Shown in pieces: positions 1 to 9,687 of a DNA stretch of 59,640 nucleotides. The position numbers and the translations under genes were made by a program. The stretch covers positions 1 to 59,640 of the forward strand of contig JAZKFH010000004.1 in NCBI GenBank assembly GCA_040386535.1, in the 5' to 3' direction. A model generated the notes under the pieces. It searched no databases. It saw only the letters and a list, made by a program, of their open reading frames with translations, and was not told the DNA's origin. Position 1 is the first letter of the stretch. Every line of letters begins with the position of its first letter. The stretch is from Myxococcota bacterium (GTDB lineage Bacteria; Myxococcota_A; UBA796; SXON01).

Positions 1-107
1 CGCTCGGCGGACGAACTCGGCACCCCTGTTCGGCAGGTACCCCGACGACGTCCGCTGGGCGGACGAACTCGGCACCCCTGTTCGGCAGGTACCCCGACGA
101 CGTCCGC
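1..107. repeat. 52-bp tandem repeat, 2 copies visible (may extend past the window edge)
   Basis: ggcggacgaactcggcacccctgttcggcaggtaccccgacgacgtccgc starts at 6 and at 58. Confidence 0.85.
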
Positions 108-150
108 CGAAACGGCCGCGGCACCGGCGCGACGAGGACGGCCGTCTTGG

Positions 151-360
151 GACCCGACAGATCTCGCGTCACGACCGGCAGTGAGGCCCGCTCTGTCGGG
201 TCGTGGAGCCAGCTCCGCACCGCCGGGCACAAGGGCAACCGACCCAGCGGGAATAAATCGGCGTTGCTCCGTTCCGCCACGGGCGGGCGGGCGGACGAGG
301 ACCCAGAAGACCCGACAGATCTCGGCTCACGACCCGCAGTGAGGCCCGTTCTGTCGGGTC
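151..360. repeat. Pair of REP-like palindromic units (151-202, 309-360)
   Basis: Each unit is gacccgacaga...tctgtcgggtc (11-bp inverted arms) with near-identical loops; starts are 158 bp apart. Confidence 0.8.
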
Positions 361-702
361 GGGCCGCGGGCGGGCGCGCGACACCGCCGCCCACCAACGC
401 GCGGGCGCACGACACCGCCGCCCACCAACGCGCCACCGCCCACCTCCGCGCCACCGCCACATCCGCGCCGCCGCCGCCCACATCCGCGCCGCCACCGCCG
501 ACCTCCGCGCCGCCGCCCACATCCGCCGCCGCGCCAGGGGCGCGGAGGGCAGCCGCCTCCGGCGGCTGGTCCGGCCGGGCGAGCGGGAGGCTCAACTCGC
601 GCGAAATGCCTCTTCGCCCGGCCGACCAAGCGGCTCCGCCGCGCGCCCGGAGCCGACCCGCCCTGCGTCCGCGCAGGGGCGCCCCTCCCTCCGACCGAAC
701 CC

Positions 703-1506
703 CTACGACCCGCCCCCGCACACGTCGATCGTCGCCTCCGCGACCAGCGGCCACGCCGCACCGCTCGCGACGGCGAGGCTCTCCACCGGCTCGCCGAGCG
801 TCGTCACGGTCGAGTCGACCCGGAGGGTGCACTCACAGGTGGCGCCCTGCTCGAACGTGAGCGCCAGCACGGGGCTCCAGGCGCCGGCCGGCAGCGCAGG
901 GGCCTCGGTGAAGCCGAGCACGACGGCGGAGGTGGCGCCGGTGTCCGCGAGGAAGGTCGCGTCGTAGCCGAAGTCGCGCAGGCCAGCCGGGGTGTCGATG
1001 ACGGAGGCGCCGAGCGTGCCGGCGGTGGTCGCGGCGGTGACGGTGCAGCCCTCGGCGGTGACGGCCAACGACCACGCCTCGACGGCGAGCGACTCCGCGC
1101 GGAGCTCGACGGTGCCGGTGGACGAGAAGCGCGCCTCGAGCGGGCTGCACGCGGGCGCCGGGAGGGGAACGGCGCCCGGGCAATCGACGTCCGCGGGCAG
1201 CGAGAAGCCGCCCTCGAACAGGTAGAGGAGGAGCGAGAACGCATCGTCCAGATCGAGGCGCTCGTCGGGGACGAGATCGACCCCGGCGGTGCAGGACGGA
1301 GCGGCCCCGCCGTTCGCGACGGCGCGGAGGATCACGACGGCGTCGGCCAGATCGACGGCGCTGTCCCCGTTTGCGTCCCCCGCGCCGATGGTACCGGAGC
1401 CCTCCCGCGGGCAGGCCGTGGAGGACGGCGGGGCCGTGTCGTCCACGGGCTCGGGCTTGTCGCCGGTACACGCGGCGGCGAGCAGGAGCACGACCAGGCT
1501 CGCCAT
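703..1506 (-). CDS. Lipoprotein with dockerin-like Ca-binding repeat and a C-terminal beta domain
   Basis: Lipobox LLLAAAC; GDANGDSAVDLADAVVILR and DLVPDERLDLDDAFSLLLYLF resemble the duplicated dockerin motif; start re-assigned to ATG 1506. Confidence 0.7.
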   Translation of the reverse strand: MASLVVLLLAAACTGDKPEPVDDTAPPSSTACPREGSGTIGAGDANGDSAVDLADAVVILRAVANGGAAPSCTAGVDLVPDERLDLDDAFSLLLYLFEGGFSLPADVDCPGAVPLPAPACSPLEARFSSTGTVELRAESLAVEAWSLAVTAEGCTVTAATTAGTLGASVIDTPAGLRDFGYDATFLADTGATSAVVLGFTEAPALPAGAWSPVLALTFEQGATCECTLRVDSTVTTLGEPVESLAVASGAAWPLVAEATIDVCGGGS

Positions 1507-1585
1507 CGGATACGCTCGCGTCGTCACCACGATTCCGTCCTCGGGAGCACCCTTGTCACACGAACGCCCGTTTACGTCGACCTGG

Positions 1586-3244
1586 ATGGCGCTCGTCGCG
1601 ATCGGCCTGTCGGCCGGATGCGGGGCACCGGCGCTCGACGTCGCACCCACGCCCACGCCCACGCCCACCACCACCACCGACCTCGCGGAGTGGCCCTTCC
1701 GCACCACCACCCAGCTCGGCCTCCGCCCCGGCGGGCACGTCGCCATGGGCGTCGGCGCGCTCGACCGCGCCCCCCTCCCCCCCGCGCCGCCGGGCCCCCC
1801 CGCCGCACGGAGCACCGCCGCGCGGCTCCTCCCGACGCTCACCGGCGGCACGTTCGACCGCTCCTACGGCGCCGCCCTCGACGCCGAGATCGCCGGCCTG
1901 CCGGAGTCGCGCCGGGAGCTGGGCCTCGCCGGGGTGCACGGGGACGCCCTCTTCGGCACCAGCGCGTCCGAGGGCCTCTGCGAGGACCCGCACGTGCAGC
2001 TCTCGGTCGACGGGGCCGAGGTGTCGTTGACCGTCCCCGCGGGCCTCTGGTTCACGGGCGCGTTGGAGCGTGACCTCGCCCCGCTGCCCGAGGCGTGTGT
2101 CGCCGAGCTGCTCGCCGCGGGCTCCGTGTACCCTACCAGCTGCGACGAGGAGGACGCGCACGCCTACTTCCCCGAAGGCTCCACGTGCAACGAGTGCCTC
2201 GCGGTCGACGGGGACCATGCGCGCTGTGTCGACGCGGGAGAGTGCGCCCCCACGGCCACCCGCCAGCTCGAGCACGACGGCAGCTGGTACGGGATGCTGC
2301 GCGCGCCGGCGCTCCTGTGCGCGCCCGACCACATCGAGGACGTCATCGTGCTCGTGAAGGATCTCGCCGAGGGCGATCCGCTCCCCGAGACCTACGACCA
2401 CGGTGCCGTAGCCGCCCACTGCGTGCAGGCGTGGGACGGCACGCAGATCGACCTGTTCTGCGACCTCGGCGACTACAACGCCATCGGCGACGTGCTCCCG
2501 AGCCGCGTGGACTACATCCACGCGGAGGGCGCCGAATCGACGTGGGAGGGCCGCATCTCCCTCGTGGCCGGCGTCGAGGTCGAGGGGAGCTCGTTCGCGC
2601 TCACCTGGCTCTCCGAGGTCGGCGGCACGGGCATCTCCGCGCCGAACGGCTCGGTGAAGGACGGGTGGGGCATCAACCCCCGCGCGCTCCGGCCCGGAGG
2701 GGTCGACCCCGAGAACCCCGATGACACCTACGCGCGCGAGTACATCGGCGCCTTCGTGCTCAAGATGGCGACCTGGACCGATGGGATCCTGGTGAACCCC
2801 GTGAACCACAACCGGTGCGCCGAGGCTGACTGGCAGGGCCCGCACGCCGATGGCAGCTACTCCTGCGACGAGCCGGGCGCCTGGAGCACCATCGGCTGGG
2901 GCGACGACGCCCTGGTCTCGTGGTGGGACCAGCCCGCCGGCGAGATCTACGTGTTCCCGCTCGTGACGCTCGCCACCACCGGCCTCCCCGACCCGTCGGT
3001 CCCCGGCGGCCTGCTCCCCCAGGTGCTCGGCTCCACCACCCTCGCGGACGTGGAGTGGGAGGCTTGCGCATGGCCGGAGACCTTCGTGCCGGACCGCGTG
3101 CGCCTCTACGATCCCGCGCCCGCCACCTCAGCGGAGGGCTACGCGTCGTTCGACGGGCAGACCTACCGCTTCGGCCGCGACCCCGACGTAGACGTGCGGC
3201 TGTTCCTGGCGACGAACCAGCAGCGCGGGTTCTGCCCCCCGTAG
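1586..3244 (+). CDS. Hypothetical Cys-containing lipoprotein
   Basis: Long ORF with GC3-biased codons and lipobox-like GLSAGC; start uncertain. Confidence 0.7.
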   Translation: MALVAIGLSAGCGAPALDVAPTPTPTPTTTTDLAEWPFRTTTQLGLRPGGHVAMGVGALDRAPLPPAPPGPPAARSTAARLLPTLTGGTFDRSYGAALDAEIAGLPESRRELGLAGVHGDALFGTSASEGLCEDPHVQLSVDGAEVSLTVPAGLWFTGALERDLAPLPEACVAELLAAGSVYPTSCDEEDAHAYFPEGSTCNECLAVDGDHARCVDAGECAPTATRQLEHDGSWYGMLRAPALLCAPDHIEDVIVLVKDLAEGDPLPETYDHGAVAAHCVQAWDGTQIDLFCDLGDYNAIGDVLPSRVDYIHAEGAESTWEGRISLVAGVEVEGSSFALTWLSEVGGTGISAPNGSVKDGWGINPRALRPGGVDPENPDDTYAREYIGAFVLKMATWTDGILVNPVNHNRCAEADWQGPHADGSYSCDEPGAWSTIGWGDDALVSWWDQPAGEIYVFPLVTLATTGLPDPSVPGGLLPQVLGSTTLADVEWEACAWPETFVPDRVRLYDPAPATSAEGYASFDGQTYRFGRDPDVDVRLFLATNQQRGFCPP

Positions 3245-3261
3245 GTTCGCGGCCGTAGGCC

Positions 3262-4914
3262 CTACGCGCGCCTACGACGGGCCGCGAGCACGATCGCCAA
3301 TCCGAACGCCCACGCGCCGGGCGACGCGCCGCCGGTCGCGCAGCCGCAACCGGCTTCGTCGGTGACGTCGCCGGTGTCGGTGTCCGTGTCCGTGTCTGTG
3401 TCGGTATCGGTATCGGTGTCCGTGTCCGTGTCCGTGTCCGTGTCGGTGTCCGTATCGGTGTCGGTGTCGGTGTCCGTATCGGTGTCGGTGTCCGTGTCCG
3501 TGTCCGTGTCGGTGTCCGTATCGGTGTCGGTGTCGGTGTCGGTATCGGTATCGGTGTCCGCGTCGGCCTCGCCCTGGTAGGCGTAGGCGCGCCCGACGAG
3601 GTCGGACTGGTAGGGGGCGCCCACGATCACGTCGTCCACGCCGTCACCGTTCACGTCACCGGCGCCGGACACCGCGTAGGCGTAGGCGTCGTCGGTCGAT
3701 TCGCCGGTGAGCGTCGTGTCCGCCGCGGCGGACAACCCGGCCGAGGTGCCGGCGTGCACATACGCGCGGCCGACCGCGGAGCCGACGTAGGCGTGAGCCC
3801 CCACGATCACGTCGGCGTAGCCGTCAGCGTCGATGTCGCCCGCGCCCGACACCGCGTAGCCGAAGGCGTTGTCGGGCGCCTCGCCGGTCAGCCGCAACGC
3901 GACGGTGCTCGTGATCCCGCCCGGGGACCCGGCGTACACGTAGGCGTGGCCGGTGTTGGTGAGGGCGTTCGGGGCTCCCACCACGACATCGTCGTAGCCG
4001 TCGGCGTCGATGTCCCCCGCGTCGGTGACCGCGGAGCCGAACAGGTCGTACTCCGCCTCTCCCGTGAGCTGGATTGCGGCGGTAACCGAAAGCCCCGTCG
4101 GTGACCCGTGGAACACGTCGGCCCGGCCGGTGTACCCGTCATGCGCGAACACGCCGACGATCACGTCGCCATAGCCGTCCCCGTTCACGTCGCCCGCGCC
4201 CGACACCGCGTAGCCGAACACCTCGAAGCTCACGTCGCCCGAGAGGGTGAGCGCGGGCGTGGCCGAGACGCCGCTCGCCGAGCCCTCGTGGACGTACACC
4301 TTCCCCCGGGAGCTGACGCCGTACGGGGCGCCGACGACGATGTCGTCGTAGCCATCCCCGTTCACGTCGCCCGCGCCGGCCACCGAGTGGCCCAGCCCGT
4401 CGTTCTGCTCCACCCCGGTGAGCACGGTGGCGGCGGTGTCCGCGAGCCCGCCGGCGGACCCGAGGTAGACGTAGGCGCGACCGACATCCTCGCGGTCCCC
4501 GCCCGCCCCGTAGACAGGGGCGCCGACGATGACATCGCCATAGCCGTCCCCGTTCACGTCGCCCGCGGAGGACACGGACGTGCCGAACTTGGAGTCGGTC
4601 TCCTCGCCGGTCAGCGTGGTCGCGGGGCTGGTGGCGAGGCCGGTCGCCGAGCCGAGGTACACGTAGGCCCGGCCGGTGTCCTCGGCGTATCCGAACGCGC
4701 CCACGATCACGTCGGCATAGCCGTCCCCGTTCACGTCGCCCGCGTCGGACACCGAGAAGCCGTACCAGTTGCCCGTCGTCTCGCCGGCCCACGTGGTGGA
4801 GTAGGTGGTATCGATCGACACGGGCTGGCGGGGCCCGGCGAGGTCGATGGGCAGCGCCTCCGGACCGGGCGCCGACGAACATCCCACGAGCGCGAAGAAT
4901 ACGGACACGAGCAT
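3262..4914 (-). CDS. FG-GAP (integrin alpha-like) repeat protein with (DT)n linker and MYXO-CTERM-like tail
   Basis: Seven AGDV/I-N/D-xDG...VGA repeats, DT tract, C-terminal GCGCATGG + hydrophobic segment + RRRR. Confidence 0.9.
   Translation of the reverse strand: MLVSVFFALVGCSSAPGPEALPIDLAGPRQPVSIDTTYSTTWAGETTGNWYGFSVSDAGDVNGDGYADVIVGAFGYAEDTGRAYVYLGSATGLATSPATTLTGEETDSKFGTSVSSAGDVNGDGYGDVIVGAPVYGAGGDREDVGRAYVYLGSAGGLADTAATVLTGVEQNDGLGHSVAGAGDVNGDGYDDIVVGAPYGVSSRGKVYVHEGSASGVSATPALTLSGDVSFEVFGYAVSGAGDVNGDGYGDVIVGVFAHDGYTGRADVFHGSPTGLSVTAAIQLTGEAEYDLFGSAVTDAGDIDADGYDDVVVGAPNALTNTGHAYVYAGSPGGITSTVALRLTGEAPDNAFGYAVSGAGDIDADGYADVIVGAHAYVGSAVGRAYVHAGTSAGLSAAADTTLTGESTDDAYAYAVSGAGDVNGDGVDDVIVGAPYQSDLVGRAYAYQGEADADTDTDTDTDTDTDTDTDTDTDTDTDTDTDTDTDTDTDTDTDTDTDTDTDTDTDTDTDTDTDTGDVTDEAGCGCATGGASPGAWAFGLAIVLAARRRRA
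3373..3559 (-). repeat. Coding hexamer repeat (Asp-Thr)n
   Basis: GAY-ACN hexamers in frame in the FG-GAP gene. Confidence 0.9.
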
Positions 4915-5197
4915 GCGGCGGCCTCGATTCGAGGGGGACTGTATGGAACCACCAGCCCACACCTTGCCCGGGCCAACATAATTACACATCCTGCATCACT
5001 TGTGGGTGTTCCGCGACCGGACGACATGAGCGGGTGAGGCCGGTGTGAGCAGGGTCGTAGACGAGCGGAGGAAAGAATGTCGACGCCGGGTTGTGCCCGG
5101 AGTTGGTGCCATTTCGACGCGTGGGGCCCGCGCTATCAAAAATGATTCGTATCCTTTTGGGCTCCGGCGCGTATCTCGTCGTGACACTGGAGAAGAC

Positions 5198-5833
5198 ATG
5201 CGCCTCCTTGCAGTCCTCGCGTTCATGTTCTCGATGGCGAGCGCTCCGGCCAACGCCGGCGTGGTGGTGAGTGTGTGGTCACCGGGCGTCGTCGTCTTCG
5301 ACCCGTACGATCCCGGGTACCGGCCCGGGCCGCGCCCCGACTACATCTGGATCGCGGGTGGGTACGACGAGTACGGATACTACATCCCCGGCTATTGGCA
5401 GCCGGTGGCGCCGAACCCCGGCTACGTGTGGGCGGCGGGCTACTGGTCCGGGCGCACCTACTACGAGGGCTACTGGCGTCCCGCCGCGCAGCCGGGCCGC
5501 GCCTGGGTCGACGGCTACTACGTCGGCGGCCGCTACGTGAACCCCCGGTGGGTCGACGAGCACGAGGCCGCCCGCGCCCGCGCCGAGGCCCGCGAGCAGG
5601 TCCGGGCCCACGGCCCGCCGCGCGACCACTCGGATCCGCACCACGAGCCCGCGACGCACGCCGACTCGGACCGCGACCGCGAGCCGGCCCCGCGCGCCGA
5701 CTCGGACCGCGACCACCAGCCGGCCCCGCACGCCGACTCGGACCGCGGGGGGTCCGGGCGCAAGGGGACGGCGAAGCCGGCCGGGGACGCGAAGAAGAAG
5801 TCCACGCCCGCGAAGAAGGCGAAGAAGAAGTAG
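5198..5833 (+). CDS. Secreted YXWGXW-repeat protein
   Basis: Signal peptide MRLLAVLAF...ANA; repeats YIWIAGGY, YVWAAGYW, YYEGYW; charged low-complexity tail. Confidence 0.8.
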   Translation: MRLLAVLAFMFSMASAPANAGVVVSVWSPGVVVFDPYDPGYRPGPRPDYIWIAGGYDEYGYYIPGYWQPVAPNPGYVWAAGYWSGRTYYEGYWRPAAQPGRAWVDGYYVGGRYVNPRWVDEHEAARARAEAREQVRAHGPPRDHSDPHHEPATHADSDRDREPAPRADSDRDHQPAPHADSDRGGSGRKGTAKPAGDAKKKSTPAKKAKKK

Positions 5834-5885
5834 GGCGCCGCGCGGGCGTCCGAGGTCGGGGCGGGGACGGCGGTCCCCGCCCCCT

Positions 5886-6410
5886 TCACGGCACCGCGTA
5901 GACCTCCGCGCACGTGCCGGGCCCGTCCTGGCAGATCCCGTTCACGCACGCCAGCCCGTCGGCGCAGGCCGGGTCGTCGGCGCAGGCCACGTCGACGCAG
6001 CCGTGGTGCCGATCGTAGACGGCCGTGCTCGCCGTGACGCTGCCCGGGTCGCACGCCTGGTGGGCGGGGCAGAGCGACGGATCGGCGACACACGACACCG
6101 CGCGGCAGGCGCCATCCGCGCACGCGAGGCCCTCGGCGCAGGTATCCGGTGTGCAGGCGGCGTCGCAGGCCGACCCGAAGCCGTCGGCCGAGCAGTTGTC
6201 GGAGACGACGTGGCAGCGGAGGTCCGTGCCGCAGTCGGCGTCGGAGGCACACGCCTCGGTGGGGCCGATGCCACACCCCCGCCAGTCGTTCGGCCCGGAG
6301 CACTCCAGATCGCCGGCACAGTCGGCCGTCGTGGCGCACGCGCCGTCGGGGAGGGGGCCGCCGGAGTCGGCGCCGTCGGTGCAGGCGAACAGCAGCGCGA
6401 AGAGGAGCAT
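5886..6410 (-). CDS. Cys-rich lipoprotein
   Basis: MLLFALLFAC lipobox; repeated CxxDxDC motifs. Confidence 0.8.
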   Translation of the reverse strand: MLLFALLFACTDGADSGGPLPDGACATTADCAGDLECSGPNDWRGCGIGPTEACASDADCGTDLRCHVVSDNCSADGFGSACDAACTPDTCAEGLACADGACRAVSCVADPSLCPAHQACDPGSVTASTAVYDRHHGCVDVACADDPACADGLACVNGICQDGPGTCAEVYAVP

Positions 6411-6503
6411 GGCTCCACTATAGCGACGGGCCGGGGGAACCGAGCCGATTCGGGCGCGCCCGCTCCGACCGGGCCCACGCTACGCTCCGCGCGGAGGCCT
6501 CCC

Positions 6504-7136
6504 CTGCTCCTGCTCGTCACCCTCCTCGCCGCGATGGCCGCGGTCCCCGTGCACCTCCTCGCCAGCGCCGCGGCGGGCAGGTTGGCGGGCGCGCGCGTGG
6601 ACGAGATCGCCGTCTTCCTCGGTGCCAGCCTCCCCATCCGCGCCGCGAACCCGCGCGTCCGGTTGGGTTGGCTCCCCGGCGGCTGGGTCCGCTTCGCCGC
6701 GCCTCCGGACGCACCGGAGGCGGACCCGCTCGATCAGCTGCCACGCGGCGCTGGTTTCGCCGTGGCGCTCGCCGGGCCGGCGGCCGTGCTGGGGCTGTCT
6801 GCGTGCCTGCTCGGTCCCGCCGAGGCGCTGCTCACCGCGGGCGCCGTCTTCGAGCAGATCGCCTACGGCCTCGATCCCCAGCGCGTCGCGGGGGCGCTCC
6901 GGGCGTGGGAGGGCCTCCGGGAGAGCCCCGTGACCCTCGCCGGTGTGGTGCTCGCAAAGGTCGCCGGGTTCAATCTCCTTCCCCTCCCGACCCTCGCGGG
7001 CGGGCACGCGCTGCTCGCCCTGCTGAGGCCCCCCGTGCCCGTGCGGGTCGCGCTCACCGTGCTGGGCATGACCGCGCTGCTCGTCCTCGGCGCGGGGTGG
7101 GCGGTCGGGACGGCGAGGTTCTTTTTCGGCGGCTGA
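6504..7136 (+). CDS. Site-2 protease (M50)-like membrane protein, metal ligands apparently degenerate
   Basis: LGWLPGGWVRF, ALAGPAA and FNLLPLPTLAGGH match M50 motifs; HExxH position reads HLLAS; start is CTG 6504 (after GGAGG) or ATG 6534. Confidence 0.65.
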   Translation: MLLLVTLLAAMAAVPVHLLASAAAGRLAGARVDEIAVFLGASLPIRAANPRVRLGWLPGGWVRFAAPPDAPEADPLDQLPRGAGFAVALAGPAAVLGLSACLLGPAEALLTAGAVFEQIAYGLDPQRVAGALRAWEGLRESPVTLAGVVLAKVAGFNLLPLPTLAGGHALLALLRPPVPVRVALTVLGMTALLVLGAGWAVGTARFFFGG

Positions 7137-7184
7137 CACGCGACGGAGCGTCGTGTTTAGGCTTGTGTGCTCCCCCGAAGCCCC

Positions 7185-7997
7185 ATGCTGCTGCTGCTGT
7201 CCCTGCCCGCCTTCGCCGACGATGCCACCTTTCGGCTGAACGCCCCGGACCGCGGCTTCGAGGTGCGGCTGGCCGCCGAGCTCGGGTTCGCCGCCGTCCT
7301 CTCCCACACCATCCAATTCGACCGCGACGGCACCGAGTTCGACTACGTGCGCGAAGGCGGTCAGGACGTGTTGTTCCCGTTCGCACGGCTCGAGGCGGGC
7401 GTGGCGTGGCGGCGGAGCCATGTCGTGCTGCTGTACCAACCGTTGCTGCTCCAAGGGGAGGTGACGCTGCGGGACGACCTCGTGGTGGACGACGTGACCT
7501 TCGCCGCCGGCACCCCGATCCGCGCCTCCTACGACTTCCCCTACTTCCGCGGCACCTACCTCTACGACCTGCTCCCGGACGACAAGCACGAGCTATCCAT
7601 CGGCCTCGCGTTGCAGCTTCGCAACGCGACGATCGTGTTCCAGTCGCTCGACGGCGAGACCCTCGTTGCCAACCGGGACGTGGGGCCGGTCCCTGTCCTT
7701 GCCGCCCGGTACCAGGGGCCGATCGCCGAGCACGTGTGGTGGGGCGCCGAAGCGACCGGCTTCTACGCGCCCATCAAGTACCTCAACGGAGACGACAACG
7801 GCGTGGTCGGCGCGATCCTGGACGCCTCCGTGCGGATCGGCCTCCGGCCGCGCCCGGGTGTGCTGCCCTACGTGAACGTGCGCTACATCGGCGGCGGCGC
7901 CGAGGGCACATCGGACGCGTCGACGCCCCCGGGGGACGGGTACAACAACAATTGGATCCACACGTTGGCGGTGAGCGTCGGGACGCAGCTCCGCTGA
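7185..7997 (+). CDS. Secreted, probable outer-membrane beta-barrel protein
   Basis: Signal peptide LLLLSLPAFA; alternating amphipathic strands. Confidence 0.6.
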   Translation: MLLLLSLPAFADDATFRLNAPDRGFEVRLAAELGFAAVLSHTIQFDRDGTEFDYVREGGQDVLFPFARLEAGVAWRRSHVVLLYQPLLLQGEVTLRDDLVVDDVTFAAGTPIRASYDFPYFRGTYLYDLLPDDKHELSIGLALQLRNATIVFQSLDGETLVANRDVGPVPVLAARYQGPIAEHVWWGAEATGFYAPIKYLNGDDNGVVGAILDASVRIGLRPRPGVLPYVNVRYIGGGAEGTSDASTPPGDGYNNNWIHTLAVSVGTQLR

Positions 7998-8000
7998 CGA

Positions 8001-8996
8001 TCAGGCCGCCGCGCGCGGAACCCGCCGGGGGCGCAGCGCCGACACCCGGCTCACCGCACCCTTGACCCACGTGTCCACCGGGAAGAAGACGACGAAGGCG
8101 AACGCGTAGTGCGGATAGGGAAACACGATCCCCATCACGATGCTGATCCCCTGGTGCATGGACCACGCGCCGAAGCTCCACAACCACCCGAGGCGCCGGT
8201 CGAGCAGCGCGAGGGGCGCGCCGACCTCGATGACCAGCGTGCCGGTGGCCGCGATCAACAACCACTCCGGATTCTGGTACAACCAGGGCACGATCGCGGT
8301 GGCGCCGCCGCCCGAGGAGACGAGCTCCTTGTACAACGCGTCGTTCCCGATTTGATCGAGCAGGTTCTTGCCCGACGCCCAGCCGAAATCCGGGTTGGTG
8401 GCGACCTTGGCCCAACCCGCCAGGAAATAGGTGATCGTGGTGACGGCGGCGACAAGCTTGAGGTTCCAGCCGAAGCGCCAGTCGACGGCGGGGAGCACGG
8501 GCGAGCACAACCACCGGCCGAGCTGAGGCCAGCGCCGGGCGAGCCACGCGTCGACCGACCACGCGGAGGCCGCCGGGCCGAGCGCGAGACACACCACATG
8601 GAGGCAGAACAGGTTGTCGGCGTGCAAGACGCCGCCCCAGGCGGTGCGGTACGAGAAGAAGAACACCGTGGACACGGCGTACAGCGGCGCGAGCAGGCGG
8701 TGCCCGAAGCCGACGAAGAAGCAGGCGGCGAGGGCAAAATGAGCGGCGTTCCAGGCGTCGAAGGTGGCGGGCGCCAGCGGCCCGTCCAGTACGCCGAGCG
8801 GCCCGACCACGTTCCATTGCGCGATGGGCGTCCGCGCGATGGCCGCGAACTTGTCGTACAACTTCCACAGCTGCCAGAGGACGAAGCCGCCGGTCGCGAT
8901 GCGCACGGCCGCGAGCCGCTCGGCGGGGGCCGGCGCGAACCACCACGCGCTCACCGCCGCCGCCGCCTTCGATCCCATCGTCGCAAGCCGCGTCAC
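8001..8996 (-). CDS. HTTM-domain membrane protein
   Basis: Multi-TM; RLAAVRI, WSVDAW, YFLAGWAKV, TLVIEVGAPLAL and MHQGISIVMGIVF motifs. Confidence 0.75.
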   Translation of the reverse strand: MTRLATMGSKAAAAVSAWWFAPAPAERLAAVRIATGGFVLWQLWKLYDKFAAIARTPIAQWNVVGPLGVLDGPLAPATFDAWNAAHFALAACFFVGFGHRLLAPLYAVSTVFFFSYRTAWGGVLHADNLFCLHVVCLALGPAASAWSVDAWLARRWPQLGRWLCSPVLPAVDWRFGWNLKLVAAVTTITYFLAGWAKVATNPDFGWASGKNLLDQIGNDALYKELVSSGGGATAIVPWLYQNPEWLLIAATGTLVIEVGAPLALLDRRLGWLWSFGAWSMHQGISIVMGIVFPYPHYAFAFVVFFPVDTWVKGAVSRVSALRPRRVPRAAA

Positions 8997-9463
8997 GGCG
9001 CGCTCCGCTCGGGGATCGCGCAGGTGGTCAGCGTGGACTCGCTGATGGGGGTGGTGTCCCCGTCGCGGAAGTACGATTCACGCGAGAAGCGGCCGCGGAG
9101 GATCTGCACGTTCACCGCCTGGGCGTACTCCTCGCGCCGGCTCTGCCCGACCTTCTTCGCGATCCGCTCGCACAGCGGCACCAGCGCGGCCTTGCCCGCC
9201 CGCCGCGCGCTCAACAGCTGCGTCGCGCCCTGGTTGAAGCCGCCCGAGGTCCAGTAGGTCTGCGGCACCTTGTGGCGGGCGCCCGCGGGGTCGACGGCGA
9301 CGACGTACACCGGGGTCTCCTCCTCGGCGCGCGGGCGCGCGAACATGGGGAACCAGGAGAGCGGGAAGTCGTCCTTGGGGGCCTCGACGTACCCCTGCCG
9401 CACGGGAGAGAGCACCACCCCACAAACGAGCAGGCTCACGACGGTGGCGGACAGGCGGTTCAC
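8993..9463 (-). CDS. Small membrane-anchored partner of the HTTM protein
   Basis: N-terminal TM; FPLSWFPMFA motif; 4-bp overlap with the HTTM gene. Confidence 0.7.
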   Translation of the reverse strand: MNRLSATVVSLLVCGVVLSPVRQGYVEAPKDDFPLSWFPMFARPRAEEETPVYVVAVDPAGARHKVPQTYWTSGGFNQGATQLLSARRAGKAALVPLCERIAKKVGQSRREEYAQAVNVQILRGRFSRESYFRDGDTTPISESTLTTCAIPERSAP

Positions 9464-9521
9464 GGCCGACGGGCTTAACGTGTCGGCGGCGCCGGTTGCG
9501 AGGAGCTGGGAGCGGAGGCGT

Positions 9522-9644
9522 TCAGAGCCAGGTGCTCACGAACCACCCGAGCAGCGCCAGCCCGACCAGGGCCCCGATCTCCGCGCCGCACCCGGGCCGC
9601 TTCTGCCCGCGCGTCCGCTTCCGCAGCCAGTCGTCCTGGTTCAT
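9522..9644 (-). CDS. Putative 40-aa small membrane protein (not in ORF track)
   Basis: MNQDDWLRKRTRGQKRPGCGAEIGALVGLALLGWFVSTWL*; co-oriented with neighbours and fills the gap. Confidence 0.45.
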   Translation of the reverse strand: MNQDDWLRKRTRGQKRPGCGAEIGALVGLALLGWFVSTWL

Positions 9645-9687
9645 GGGGAGCGGGTAACCCGGTTGCCCGCGCGGACCTGGACGCGCC

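Noticed and set aside
1..360. Repeats as a CRISPR array
   Set aside because: Only two copies of each unit, no series of unique spacers, and no cas genes in the window
380..530. Pro/Ala-rich ORF 147-860
   Set aside because: Low-complexity ccg-rich repeats overlapping REP-like elements; no coding signature
3362..3580. (Val-Ser)n ORFs here and at 37966, 56563 and 59306
   Set aside because: Reverse-complement readings of the DT tracts
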